A stretch of 47,740 bases of DNA, from the NCBI GenBank assembly GCA_050256935.1, contig JBLMVY010000122.1, forward strand, positions 1 to 47,740. The letters are read 5' to 3'. The notes under the pieces were generated by a model. That model saw only the letters and a program-made list of their open reading frames with translations. It was not told the origin of the DNA and ran no database searches. Within the stretch, counting starts at the first letter, position 1; each line of letters opens with the position of its first letter. The DNA comes from Candidatus Levyibacteriota bacterium (GTDB lineage: Bacteria; Pseudomonadota; Gammaproteobacteria; Burkholderiales; Casimicrobiaceae). Below, piece by piece: positions 22,444 through 31,891 of the stretch. The translations under genes and the position numbers were made by a program.

Positions 22444-23334
22444 ATGAGCTACCGCACGCTGGCCGACACCGTCGGCAACACTCCGCTGGTGCGTCTGCAA
22501 CGCCTGCCGGGCACCACGTCGAACATCCTGCTGGCCAAGCTCGAGGGCAGCAATCCTGCCGGCTCGGTCAAGGACCGTCCGGCGCTGTCGATGATCACCG
22601 AGGCGCAGAAGCGCGGCACGATCAAGCCCGGCGACACGCTGATCGAGGCGACGTCGGGCAACACGGGCATCGCGCTGGCGATGGTCGCGGCGATCGCCGG
22701 CTACCGGATGATCCTGGTGATGCCCGAGAACCAGAGCGAGGAGCGCGTGAAGACCATGCGCGCGTACGGCGCCGAGCTCGTGCTCACGCCCAAGGCAGGG
22801 GGCATGGAGGCCGCGCGCGACATCGCGACCAGGATGCGCGACGAGGGCAAGGGGACGATCCTCGACCAGTTCGCCAATCCCGACAATCCGCTCGCCCATT
22901 ATCGCGGGACCGGGCCCGAGATCTGGCGCGACACCGATGGCGGCGTCACGCATTTCGTGTCGGCGATGGGAACGACCGGGACGATCATGGGAACGTCGAG
23001 GTTCCTGAAGGAGATGAATCCGGCGATCCAGATCGTCGGCGCCCAGCCCGAGGATGGCGCGTCGATTCCCGGCATACGCAAGTGGCCCGAGGCCTACCTG
23101 CCGAGCATCTACGATGCGCACCGCGTCGATCGGATCGAGAGCGTGTCGCAGGCCGACGCCGAGGACACGGCGCGGCGACTCGCCCGCGAGGAAGGCATCT
23201 TCTGCGGCATCTCGTCGGGCGGCGCCTGCGCGATCGCGCTGCGCATCGCGCGCACGGTGGAGAACGCGACGATCGTGTTCATCGTCTGCGATCGCGGCGA
23301 CCGCTACCTGTCGACCGGGGTGTTCCCCGCATGA
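22444..23334 (+). CDS. cysM: Cysteine synthase B
   Basis: VGNTPLVRL, KLEGSNPAGSVKDR, EATSGNTGIALA, SIPGIRKWP, CDRGDRYLSTGVF. Confidence 0.95.
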   Translation: MSYRTLADTVGNTPLVRLQRLPGTTSNILLAKLEGSNPAGSVKDRPALSMITEAQKRGTIKPGDTLIEATSGNTGIALAMVAAIAGYRMILVMPENQSEERVKTMRAYGAELVLTPKAGGMEAARDIATRMRDEGKGTILDQFANPDNPLAHYRGTGPEIWRDTDGGVTHFVSAMGTTGTIMGTSRFLKEMNPAIQIVGAQPEDGASIPGIRKWPEAYLPSIYDAHRVDRIESVSQADAEDTARRLAREEGIFCGISSGGACAIALRIARTVENATIVFIVCDRGDRYLSTGVFPA

Positions 23335-23380
23335 CGCGCTCGCGCGGGCCCCTCGCGCGCTCGCTTCCCGGTTCGACGCG

Positions 23381-24157
23381 GTGACCCCGGTACTCGCCTT
23401 CGACATCGAGACGGTGCCCGACATCGCGGGCATGCGGCGCATTCACGACATCGGGAACGCGGTCGACGATGCAGGGGTGCTGGCCTGGTTCTCGCAACGG
23501 CGGCGCATGGCCACGGGCAGCGATTTCATGCCGCATCACCTGCAGAAGGTCGTCGCCATCGCCTGCGTGCTGCGCGATGGCGGCGGGCTGCGCGTGTGGT
23601 CGGTGGGCGAGCCCTCCGACGCCGAGCCCGAGCTGATCCGTCGCTTCTTCGACGGCATCGAGCGCTACACGCCGCAACTGGTGTCGTGGAACGGGGGCGG
23701 CTTCGATCTTCCCGTGCTCCACCACCGCGCGCTCATCCACGGCGTCGCGGCCGCGCGGTACTGGGACTGGGGAGACGACAACCGCGACTTCAAGTTCAAC
23801 AACTACCTGTCGCGCTATCACACGCGCCACCTCGACCTGATGGACGTGCTCGCCCAATACCAGCCACGCGCGAACGCCGGGCTCGATGCGATGGCGAGGC
23901 TGTGCGGTTTCGCCGGCAAGATCGGCATGGACGGCGGCGAGGTCGCAGCCGCGGTCGCGGCCGGCCGCATCGCCGACGTGCGCAGCTACTGCGAATGCGA
24001 CGTGCTGAACACCTACCTGCTGTATCAGCGCTTCCGCCTGATGCGCGGCGAGATCGACGCCGACGAGTACGCGCGCGAAATCGATCTCGCGCGCGAGCGC
24101 ATCCTCGCCTCCGGCGCGCCGCACTGGCGCGAGTTCGTCGCCCGCTGGGACGCCTAG
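23381..24157 (+). CDS. Predicted 3'-5' exonuclease (PolB-exonuclease-like, DEDD)
   Basis: FDIETVPD, SWNGGGFDLPVL, HLDLMDVL, YCECDVLNTY; GTG start inferred. Confidence 0.85.
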   Translation: MTPVLAFDIETVPDIAGMRRIHDIGNAVDDAGVLAWFSQRRRMATGSDFMPHHLQKVVAIACVLRDGGGLRVWSVGEPSDAEPELIRRFFDGIERYTPQLVSWNGGGFDLPVLHHRALIHGVAAARYWDWGDDNRDFKFNNYLSRYHTRHLDLMDVLAQYQPRANAGLDAMARLCGFAGKIGMDGGEVAAAVAAGRIADVRSYCECDVLNTYLLYQRFRLMRGEIDADEYAREIDLARERILASGAPHWREFVARWDA

Positions 24158-25005
24158 GCGCGATCGGCCAGGGTCAGGCGTCCGCGCGCGATCTCGATCA
24201 CGCGCCCCGACACCAGGATCGAGCGATCGGCCGTCACCGCGAGCCCGAGCCGGCACGGCCTTCCGACCGCGTCTCCCTGCTCGATCGCCAGCCGCTGCGG
24301 CAGCGCGGCGCCAGTCGCGAGCAGCCATCCGCCGAGGTTCGCCGCGGCGGAGCCGGTGCCGGGATCCTCGACGACCGCGCCGTGCTTGGGAAAGAAGAAG
24401 CGGGCGACCACCCGCGAGCCGTCGCGCGCGAACACGTAGGCCATCGCCCGCTTGCCGTTGTTGCCGTGGACCGCCAGCGCGGCAGGCGAAGGCTGTGCGC
24501 GACGGACCGCGTCCACCGATGCGAGGGGAATCATCAGCTGCTCGCTTCCGGTGTCGACCCACAGCGGCTCGCCGGCAGCCGACAGGTCGCCCACCTGCAG
24601 CGCGAGCATCGTCGCGAGCTCTTCGCGCGTCGCCTCCGGCCTGCGGTGAACGGGGGCATTGGCCTTGAGCGTCCACACGTCGCCTTCGGCTTCGACCGGC
24701 ACGATCCCTGCGCGCATCTCCAGGGTCACCCGGTCGCCGGCTGCACGCAGCGCGCGGACGACGTGCGCGGTACCCAGCGTCGGATGGCCGGCGAAAGGCA
24801 TCTCGAACGCGGGGGTGAAGATCCGCACGCGCGCACTGGCGCGCTCCGATGGCAGGATGAACGTCGTCTCGGACAGGTTGAACTGCAGCGCGAGCGCCTG
24901 CATCGTCGCGTCGTCGATGCCGCGCGCGTCCTCGATGACGGCGAGCGCGTTGCCTGCAAGCGGGGTTTCGGCGAAGACGTTGACGATGCGAAAGTCGGCG
25001 TGCAT
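24154..25005 (-). CDS. PhzF family isomerase/epimerase
   Basis: VNVFAE..LAGN.LAV, FNLSETTF, RIFTP..EMPFAGHPTLG, EDPGTGSA. Confidence 0.9.
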   Translation of the reverse strand: MHADFRIVNVFAETPLAGNALAVIEDARGIDDATMQALALQFNLSETTFILPSERASARVRIFTPAFEMPFAGHPTLGTAHVVRALRAAGDRVTLEMRAGIVPVEAEGDVWTLKANAPVHRRPEATREELATMLALQVGDLSAAGEPLWVDTGSEQLMIPLASVDAVRRAQPSPAALAVHGNNGKRAMAYVFARDGSRVVARFFFPKHGAVVEDPGTGSAAANLGGWLLATGAALPQRLAIEQGDAVGRPCRLGLAVTADRSILVSGRVIEIARGRLTLADRA

Positions 25006-25037
25006 GGCGGGCCTGCGTCGGAAGATGAGGGGGCGGA

Positions 25038-25073
25038 CGGGGGCGGGTTGTCGGCGGGGGCGGGTTGTCGGCG
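25038..25073 (+). repeat. 17-nt G-rich tandem duplication
   Basis: CGGGGGCGGGTTGTCGG at 25038 and 25055, in the selU-phzF spacer. Confidence 0.75.
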
Positions 25074-25129
25074 TGGGCAGGTAAATCGCGGAGCCCGATC
25101 GGCCGCAGGCCCGGGGTGCGGGCGTTGCG

Positions 25130-26242
25130 CTAACGGTCGCGCTGCCGGCTGCCGTGCTCGCCGACCAGCGTCGCTGCGAGGTTGCGGAAATCCCGGTCGC
25201 GGGTGCCCTCGACGCGCAGCACCCGCGCGTCGCGATGACGCGGGAAGTTGCGCTCGATGGCGCGGGCGTACGACGGATCGTAATGGAGCTCGAGGAGCTC
25301 GCTCGCGAGCTTGGTCGTCGCGCCCTCGGCTGCCCATTGCGCCCAGCGTGCGATGGTGCGCTTGCCGTGCAGCTTTTCCAGCGGCGCGAGCTGCGCCTCG
25401 AGCGCGGCCCCGTCACCCGCGAGGTGCGCATAGTCGGCTTCCAGCATCTCGACCCGCTGCGCCTGCGACGCATCGAGGCGCAGGACCGGCGACGCGCGCA
25501 TGGTCTCGAGCAGCGTCTCGGGAACCTGCAGGCGGCCGATGCGCTTGCTCTCCGATTCGACGAACACCGGACGCGCCGGATCGAAGCGGGCGAGGTCGGC
25601 GTAGAGGGTGCTCTCGAACGCCTTCTGCGACGGCTGCGGATCGCCGGGGAGGTCGCCCAGCAGCGAGCCGCGGTGCCTGGCGAGCCGCTCGAGGTCGAGC
25701 ACCTGCGCACCCGATTCGGCCAGCGCCGCGAGCAGCCGCGACTTGCCGGATCCGGTGAGGCCGCAGACGACCTCGAAGCTGAAGCGTTGCGGCAGGTGGG
25801 AGAGCATCAGGACGACGTGACGCCGCCACGCGCGGTAACCGCCGTCGAGTTGCACGGGCCGGAACCCGATCTCGGAGAGCACCTGCACCAGCGCGCGGCT
25901 GCGCTGGCCGCCGCGCCAGCAGTAGACGAGCGGCGCCCATTCGCGCGGCTTGTCGGCGGCATGGCGCTCCACGATGCCGGCGATGTTGCGCGCGACCAGC
26001 GCGGCTCCGACCTTGCGGGCGTCGAAGGCAGACACCTGCGCATAGAGCGTTCCCACGCGCGCGCGCTCCGCGTCGTCGAGCACCGGGAGATTCACCGCGC
26101 CGGGGAGATGATCCTCGGCAAATTCGGCCGGCGAGCGAACGTCGATGCGATCGGCGAACGATGCCCACTGCTCGACCGGGACCCTGGTCAGCGACCGCAG
26201 CGGCGGTCCGGGGGGCAACGCCACGTTGACCGGATGGCTCAT
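25130..26242 (-). CDS. selU: tRNA 2-selenouridine synthase
   Basis: Rhodanese DVRSPAEF..DHLPGA.N.P, YCWRGGQRS, P-loop GLTGSGKS, DLE.LA.HRGS, PSQK.FE, VESES..IG. Confidence 0.93.
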   Translation of the reverse strand: MSHPVNVALPPGPPLRSLTRVPVEQWASFADRIDVRSPAEFAEDHLPGAVNLPVLDDAERARVGTLYAQVSAFDARKVGAALVARNIAGIVERHAADKPREWAPLVYCWRGGQRSRALVQVLSEIGFRPVQLDGGYRAWRRHVVLMLSHLPQRFSFEVVCGLTGSGKSRLLAALAESGAQVLDLERLARHRGSLLGDLPGDPQPSQKAFESTLYADLARFDPARPVFVESESKRIGRLQVPETLLETMRASPVLRLDASQAQRVEMLEADYAHLAGDGAALEAQLAPLEKLHGKRTIARWAQWAAEGATTKLASELLELHYDPSYARAIERNFPRHRDARVLRVEGTRDRDFRNLAATLVGEHGSRQRDR

Positions 26243-26880
26243 CGGCGCCGCAGCAGGGGACGCAATGCGGGCCATACGTTGTCGAGGATCCGCGGCTGGG
26301 CCGCGGCGATCGGGTGGATGCGATCCGCCTGGAACTGCGTCAGGTCCTCGCCGAATCCCTCGAACAGCCAGGGCACGAGCGCCGCCTTGCGCGCCTTGGC
26401 CACGTCGGCGAACACCCGCTCGAACCCGCTCGCGTAGGCAGGGCCGTAGTTGGGGGGCACCTGCATGCCCAGGATCAGGACCTTGGCGTGTGCCGCCTGC
26501 GCCGCGGCGACGATGGCGTCGAGGTTCGCTCGCGTGGCGTCGAGGTTGCCTCCGCGCAATGCGTCGTTGCCGCCGAGCTCGACGACGACGACTTCCGGGC
26601 GGTGCTCGCGCAGCAGCGCGGGCAGGCGGGCGCGGCCTCCGGCGGTGGTGTCGCCGGAGATCGACGCGTTGACCACCCGCTGCGGAAAGCCGTCGTGCGC
26701 CAGCCGGTTCGCGAGCAGCGCGACCCAGCCCTCGCCGCTTGCGAGCCCGAATCCTGCGGAGATCGAATCACCCAGGACCAGCAGCGTGGGCGCCGCCTGC
26801 GCCTGCGCGAGGCCCGCGAGGACCAGCATGGCGATGGCCAGCCAGCGAACGATCCGGCGGGTGCAGGAGTCCATGCGCAT
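26239..26880 (-). CDS. tesA: Arylesterase/acyl-CoA thioesterase I (SGNH)
   Basis: Signal peptide, LGDSISAG, NASISGDTT, ELGGND, PPNYG, DRIHP; stop overlaps the selU start. Confidence 0.9.
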   Translation of the reverse strand: MRMDSCTRRIVRWLAIAMLVLAGLAQAQAAPTLLVLGDSISAGFGLASGEGWVALLANRLAHDGFPQRVVNASISGDTTAGGRARLPALLREHRPEVVVVELGGNDALRGGNLDATRANLDAIVAAAQAAHAKVLILGMQVPPNYGPAYASGFERVFADVAKARKAALVPWLFEGFGEDLTQFQADRIHPIAAAQPRILDNVWPALRPLLRRR

Positions 26881-26976
26881 GTCGGTCACGCATTGTAGCG
26901 GGGCGCCGCCCCGCGCCACCGGCCACGTAGAATCGACGTCGACCCCGCTCGCCAGCCTTCACCTCCCAACGCACCG

Positions 26977-27711
26977 ATGCCCATGCCCATCATCCGCGCC
27001 AGCGCGCTGACCAAGATCGTGCGCAGCGGCGACGCGCCGCTGACGATCCTCGACTCGGTCAGCTTCGATGTCGAAGCCGGGGCCACGGTCGCGATCGTCG
27101 GCACGAGCGGTTCGGGAAAGACGACCCTGCTCGGGCTCCTTGCCGGCCTCGATCGGCCGACCTCGGGCGAGGTGACCATCGATGGCATCGCACTGTCGAC
27201 CCTCGACGAGGACGGCGCTGCCGCGCTGCGCGCGCGCGTGCTCGGATTCGTGTTCCAGTCGTTCCAGCTGCTGCCCGCCCTGACCGCGCACGAGAACGTG
27301 ATGCTTCCGCTGGAGCTCGCCGGTGTCGCCGATGCGCCGTCGCGGGCGCGCGACTGGCTTGCGCGCGTCGGGCTTGCGCGGCGGGTGACGCATTACCCGC
27401 GCCAGCTCTCCGGAGGCGAGCAGCAGCGCGTCGCCATCGCGCGCGCGTTCGCGGGCGAGCCCAAGCTCCTGATGGCCGACGAGCCGACGGGCAACCTCGA
27501 TGGCGCGACCGGTGCGGAGGTCGCCGACCTGATGTTCCGCCTGAATCGCGAGAACGGCACGACCCTGCTGCTGGTCACGCACGACGTCGCGCTGGCCTCG
27601 CGCTGCGAGCGCCGCCTGTCGCTCGCCTCCGGGCGGCTGGTTGCGGACCAGCGCACGAGCGAAGCGCAACCGGGGCTCGCGCCGGCAGGCGCACGCATTG
27701 CCGCGAATTAG
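26977..27711 (+). CDS. ybbA: ABC transporter ATP-binding protein (YbbA-like)
   Basis: GTSGSGKTT, GFVFQSFQL, LSGGEQQRVA, ADEPTGNLD; divergent from tesA. Confidence 0.88.
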   Translation: MPMPIIRASALTKIVRSGDAPLTILDSVSFDVEAGATVAIVGTSGSGKTTLLGLLAGLDRPTSGEVTIDGIALSTLDEDGAAALRARVLGFVFQSFQLLPALTAHENVMLPLELAGVADAPSRARDWLARVGLARRVTHYPRQLSGGEQQRVAIARAFAGEPKLLMADEPTGNLDGATGAEVADLMFRLNRENGTTLLLVTHDVALASRCERRLSLASGRLVADQRTSEAQPGLAPAGARIAAN

Positions 27712-27721
27712 CGCAGCGGCG

Positions 27722-30265
27722 ATGAGGACACTGCGCCTCGCGCTGCGTCTGGCGATCCGCGATTGGCGGGCCGGCGAATTGCGCGTCCTGGCCGCGGCGA
27801 TCGTGCTCGCCGTCGCGAGCATGGGCACCGTCGGCTTCTTCGCCGACCGTGTGAAGGGCGGGCTCGCCGAGCAGGCGAATCGGTTGCTGGGCGCCGACCT
27901 GATGATCAGCGGCGACCGGCCGCTGCCCGAGGCTTTCGCCCGCGAGGCGCAGGCGCTGGGCCTCGCGACATCGCCGGCGATCCGCTTCAACAGCATGGTC
28001 CAGCTGGCCGGCGGCGCGACGGACGGCGCTGCCGGAGGTGCTGCGGCCGCAACGACCGGTGGCGCGCTGCTGACCGACGTCAAGGCCGTGTCGCAAGGGT
28101 ATCCGCTGCGCGGAGCGGTGACGCTGGTCGATTCCGGGCGACCGCAAGGCCGCGTCGCCCGGGGCATTCCGCCGCCGGGCGAGACATGGATCGACCGCAA
28201 GCTCGCGGACCGGCTGGGTGCGAAGTCAGGATCGCGGCTCGCGGTCGGCGACGCGACGCTCAAAGTCACCGCGATCATCGACCGGGACCCCGAGGTGGCG
28301 GGTATCGCCTTCGCGCCGGGGCCGAAGCTTCTGCTGAATCTCGCCGACGTGCCCTCGACCAGGCTCCTGCAGCCCGGCAACCGCGCGACCTACCGACTGC
28401 TGGTGGCGCAGGTGCAGGGCCGCGGCCTCGACGCCTACCGCGCGTGGCTCGCCAGGGCGCTGCAGCCGGGGCAGCGGGTGGAGACGGTGCGCGACTTGCG
28501 GCCCGAGGTTCGCCAGACGCTCGAGCGCGCCGAGCGCTTCCTGGGCCTCGCCGCCCTGGTCGCGGTACTGCTCGCGGCCGTCGCCGTGGCGCTGGCTGCA
28601 TCGCGCTACCTGCGCCGCCACCTCGACGCGGCGGCGATGATCCGCTGCTTCGGTGCGCCGGTCTCGCGCACGCTCGCGCTCTTCGTCATCCAGTTCGTGG
28701 TCCTGGGGCTGGTCGCGAGCGCCGCGGGCATCGCCCTGGCGCTGGGCGGGCAGCAACTGCTGGTGATGCTGGTCGCAAGCTCGTTCAGCGAGCCGCTGCC
28801 CTGGCCGACGGCAATGCCCGCGCTCGCTGCCTTGGCGACCGGACTGCTCCTGCTTTTGGGCTTCGCCGTGCCGCCGCTGATTGCGCTTGCGCGCGTTCCG
28901 CCGCTGCGCGTCCTGCGGCGCGATCTTCCGCGGCCGCGCGCATCCGGCGTGATCGCCTATGCCAGCGGGGCCCTGGCGATCGCGGCGCTGATCGCGTGGC
29001 AGGCACGCGAGGCGCAGGCCGCCTGGATCATGATCGGGGGCGTCGCCGCGCTGCTCGCCGCGGCTGCCGCGGCCGCATGGCTGCTTCTCGCACTTCTGAA
29101 GCGCGTCCCCCAGGGCGGCGTCTCATGGCGCTTCGGGCTCGCCAACCTGCGCCGGCGTGCGCTGGCCTCGAGCCTGCAGATCGGCGCCCTCGCCCTGGGG
29201 CTGATGGCGCTGCTGCTGCTGACCGTGATACGCGGCGATCTCGTCGCCAACTGGCAGGCGAGCCTGCCGCCCGATGCGCCGAACCAGTTCCTGGTCAATG
29301 TCCTGCCCGACCAGGTCGACGGAGCGCGCGCGCTGTTGTCGGACGCCATCCACGTGTCCCCGGATTTCAGGCCCATGGTCCGGGGCCGGCTGATCGAGGT
29401 GAACGGCGCGCCGCTCGATGCCGCGCGCTACGACGATCCGCGCGCGCGCAGGCTCGCCGAGCGTGAATTCAACCTGTCCTGGACCGACCGGATGCCGATG
29501 GGCAATCGCCTCCTCGGCGGCAGGTTCTGGGACCCGGCGGCGCGCGGCACCGGCGCAGGCATCTCGCTCGAGGACGGCATTGCGCGCACGCTGGGCGTCA
29601 AGCTGGGCGACCGGCTGACCTTCGATTCGGGGGGGCTGCGGGTGCAGGCGGTGATCACCAGCTTGCGCAAGGTCGACTGGGACAGCTTCCGGGTCAACTT
29701 CTTCGCGCTGTTCGCGCCGGGCGCGCTCGACGACCTTCCGGTCACCTACATCGCGGCGTTTCGCGCCCCCGACGGCAACGGGGCGTGGCTTGCCGGACTG
29801 GTGCAGCGCTACCCGAACATACTCGCCATCGACGTCGCGGAGATCCTGCGCGAAGTCCAGGGCATCATCGATCGCGTCGCGCGCGCCGTGGAGTTCGTGT
29901 TCCTGTTCACCCTCGCCGGCGGCCTGCTGGTGCTGCAGGCGGCGATCGCGTCGACGCAGGACGAGCGCAAGCACGACGCCGCCGTGCTGCGCACCCTCGG
30001 CGCCTCCAAGCGGCAGCTGCAGGCTGCACAGGCGACCGAGTTCCTGATCCTCGGGGCGCTGTCGGGACTGCTCGCCGCCGGCGGTGCGGTCGCGATCGGC
30101 TGGGCGCTTTCGGACCGGGTGTTCAGCATTCCGTTTGCCGCCGACCCGCTGATCTGGGCGTATGGCATCGCGGGCGGCGCCGCTGCCGTCACCCTCGCCG
30201 GCTGGCTCGGCACGCGCACGACCCTGCGCGAGCCCCCGCTCGCGGTGCTGCGCCAGCTCGGCTGA
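27722..30265 (+). CDS. ybbP: FtsX-like ABC permease (YbbP-like)
   Basis: RDWRAGEL, DAPNQFLVN, REFNLSW, LRKVDWDSF.VNFF; two FtsX TM blocks. Confidence 0.88.
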   Translation: MRTLRLALRLAIRDWRAGELRVLAAAIVLAVASMGTVGFFADRVKGGLAEQANRLLGADLMISGDRPLPEAFAREAQALGLATSPAIRFNSMVQLAGGATDGAAGGAAAATTGGALLTDVKAVSQGYPLRGAVTLVDSGRPQGRVARGIPPPGETWIDRKLADRLGAKSGSRLAVGDATLKVTAIIDRDPEVAGIAFAPGPKLLLNLADVPSTRLLQPGNRATYRLLVAQVQGRGLDAYRAWLARALQPGQRVETVRDLRPEVRQTLERAERFLGLAALVAVLLAAVAVALAASRYLRRHLDAAAMIRCFGAPVSRTLALFVIQFVVLGLVASAAGIALALGGQQLLVMLVASSFSEPLPWPTAMPALAALATGLLLLLGFAVPPLIALARVPPLRVLRRDLPRPRASGVIAYASGALAIAALIAWQAREAQAAWIMIGGVAALLAAAAAAAWLLLALLKRVPQGGVSWRFGLANLRRRALASSLQIGALALGLMALLLLTVIRGDLVANWQASLPPDAPNQFLVNVLPDQVDGARALLSDAIHVSPDFRPMVRGRLIEVNGAPLDAARYDDPRARRLAEREFNLSWTDRMPMGNRLLGGRFWDPAARGTGAGISLEDGIARTLGVKLGDRLTFDSGGLRVQAVITSLRKVDWDSFRVNFFALFAPGALDDLPVTYIAAFRAPDGNGAWLAGLVQRYPNILAIDVAEILREVQGIIDRVARAVEFVFLFTLAGGLLVLQAAIASTQDERKHDAAVLRTLGASKRQLQAAQATEFLILGALSGLLAAGGAVAIGWALSDRVFSIPFAADPLIWAYGIAGGAAAVTLAGWLGTRTTLREPPLAVLRQLG

Positions 30266-30435
30266 CCGGCGCCGTCACCCGGGTCCGTCGTGGCCGAACC
30301 CCGGCCCGACCCGGCTCCCCGTCAGGGACGCGCAACACCCGCGTGCCGACCTCCCTCCCGGAAACGCGGAGCGACGATTGCTTCCGTTCTCCGCCTTGCT
30401 TCCGTGCCCCGTCGGTGTCGACGGCACTGTAAAAA

Positions 30436-30470
30436 TTGCATACAAATGCACCGATACTGCACAATTCGCA
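30436..30470 (+). promoter_or_regulatory. Putative tup promoter overlapped by a candidate operator
   Basis: TTGCAT-N18-CACAAT; inverted repeat TGCAT-N4-ATGCA (30437-30450); (T/C)GCA at 30437, 30447, 30458 and 30467 in an AT-rich patch. Confidence 0.5.
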
Positions 30471-30474
30471 TACG

Positions 30475-31179
30475 ATGACGACCCTGACGGACAGCTTCGG
30501 CCTTGCGCTGGCGATGATGGCCGACGCCGATCCGCAGCTCCTCGCGATCGTGCGGCTGTCGCTGGCCGTGAGCCTCACCTCGACGCTCTGCTCGGCGGCG
30601 ATCGGGCTGCCGCTGGGCGCGGCGATCGCCGTGTCGCGCTTTCGCGGCCGCTCGACGCTGATCGCCGTCCTCAACGCGGCGATGGGGCTTCCGCCCGTCG
30701 TCGTGGGTCTGGCGGTCTACCTGCTGCTGTCGCGGGCGGGGCCGCTGGGATCCCTGGGCCTGCTGTTCACGCCGGGCGCCATGGTGATCGCGCAGACGGT
30801 GCTGATCGTCCCGATCGTGGCCGCGCTCGCGCGGCAGGTGGTCGAGGACGCCTGGGTCGAGTACCGCGAGCAGCTGCACAGCCTGGGCTCGGGCTGGCTC
30901 GCGTCGACGCGCACCCTGCTGTGGGACACGCGCTGGTCTCTGTTGACGGTGCTGCTGTCGGGTTTCGGACGTGCGGCCGCCGAGGTCGGCGCGATCATCA
31001 TCGTCGGCGGCAACATCGACGGCGTCACGCGCGTGATGACGACGGCGATCGTGCTCGAGACCAGCAAGGGCGACCTGCCGCTGGCCCTCGCCCTGGGCAC
31101 GATCCTGATCGTCATCGTGCTGGCGCTCAACCTGGGCGCCCAGGGCTTGCGCAACTGGGCGAAGCTGCGCCTTGGCTGA
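30475..31179 (+). CDS. tupB: Tungstate ABC transporter permease
   Basis: MGLPPVVVGL.VYLLLSRAGPLG, AMVIAQ, GFGRA.AEVGA..IVGGNI.G.TR.MTTAIVLETSKG. Confidence 0.9.
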   Translation: MTTLTDSFGLALAMMADADPQLLAIVRLSLAVSLTSTLCSAAIGLPLGAAIAVSRFRGRSTLIAVLNAAMGLPPVVVGLAVYLLLSRAGPLGSLGLLFTPGAMVIAQTVLIVPIVAALARQVVEDAWVEYREQLHSLGSGWLASTRTLLWDTRWSLLTVLLSGFGRAAAEVGAIIIVGGNIDGVTRVMTTAIVLETSKGDLPLALALGTILIVIVLALNLGAQGLRNWAKLRLG

Positions 31180-31891
31180 TGCGATCCCCGCGGGCCTGCC
31201 GATCGTCGTATCGGGTGCGGAGGTCGTCTCCCGGGGAACCCGCGTTCTCCAGGGCATCGATTTGCGGATCGAGGCGCATCGCCGCACGTTCATCCTCGGC
31301 CCGAACGGCGCCGGCAAGAGCACGCTGCTGCGCCTGCTGCACGGCCTCGTCGCGCCGACGCGCGGCAGCGTCACCTGGGGCGGGCAGACGCGGCGTCCCG
31401 CGCGCCAGGCGATGGTCTTCCAGCGCCCGGTGCTGCTTCGCCGCTCGGCGGCCGCGAACCTGCGTCACGCGCTGGCGCTGGCGGGGGTCCGCGGCAGCGA
31501 GGCGGCACTGCGGATCGCCGACGCGCTCTCGAGCGTCGGGCTCGACGCCATCGCCGATCGGCCGGCCCGGGTCCTGTCCGGCGGCGAGCAGCAGCGGCTC
31601 GCGCTGGCGCGGGCCTGGGCGCTCGCGCCCGAAGTGCTGTTCCTCGACGAGCCGACCGCGAGCCTCGATCCGGCCGCCGCGCGGGCAGTCGAGGCCATCG
31701 TGCGCGACATCGGCGCACGAGGATCCACCATCGTGATGACGACGCACCAGCTCGCGCAGGCGAGGCGCCTCGCCGACGACGTGGTCCTGCTGTCCGCGGG
31801 ACGCCTGGTCGAGCACACCCATGCCGTCGAATTCTTCCGCCGACCGGCGTCGGAGGAAGGGCGGCTATTCCTGGAGGGAGAACGACTGTGA
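31172..31891 (+). CDS. tupC: Tungstate ABC transporter ATP-binding protein
   Basis: GPNGAGKST, MVFQRPVLLRRS, LSGGEQQRLALARA, FLDEPTASLDP; overlaps both tupB and tupA. Confidence 0.85.
   Translation: MADAIPAGLPIVVSGAEVVSRGTRVLQGIDLRIEAHRRTFILGPNGAGKSTLLRLLHGLVAPTRGSVTWGGQTRRPARQAMVFQRPVLLRRSAAANLRHALALAGVRGSEAALRIADALSSVGLDAIADRPARVLSGGEQQRLALARAWALAPEVLFLDEPTASLDPAAARAVEAIVRDIGARGSTIVMTTHQLAQARRLADDVVLLSAGRLVEHTHAVEFFRRPASEEGRLFLEGERL

Noticed and set aside
25130-30265. selU without selD; possible selenoprotein recoding nearby
   Set aside because: The selU/tesA/ybbAP neighbourhood is known from E. coli, selD may be elsewhere, and I saw no gene interrupted by an in-frame TGA.
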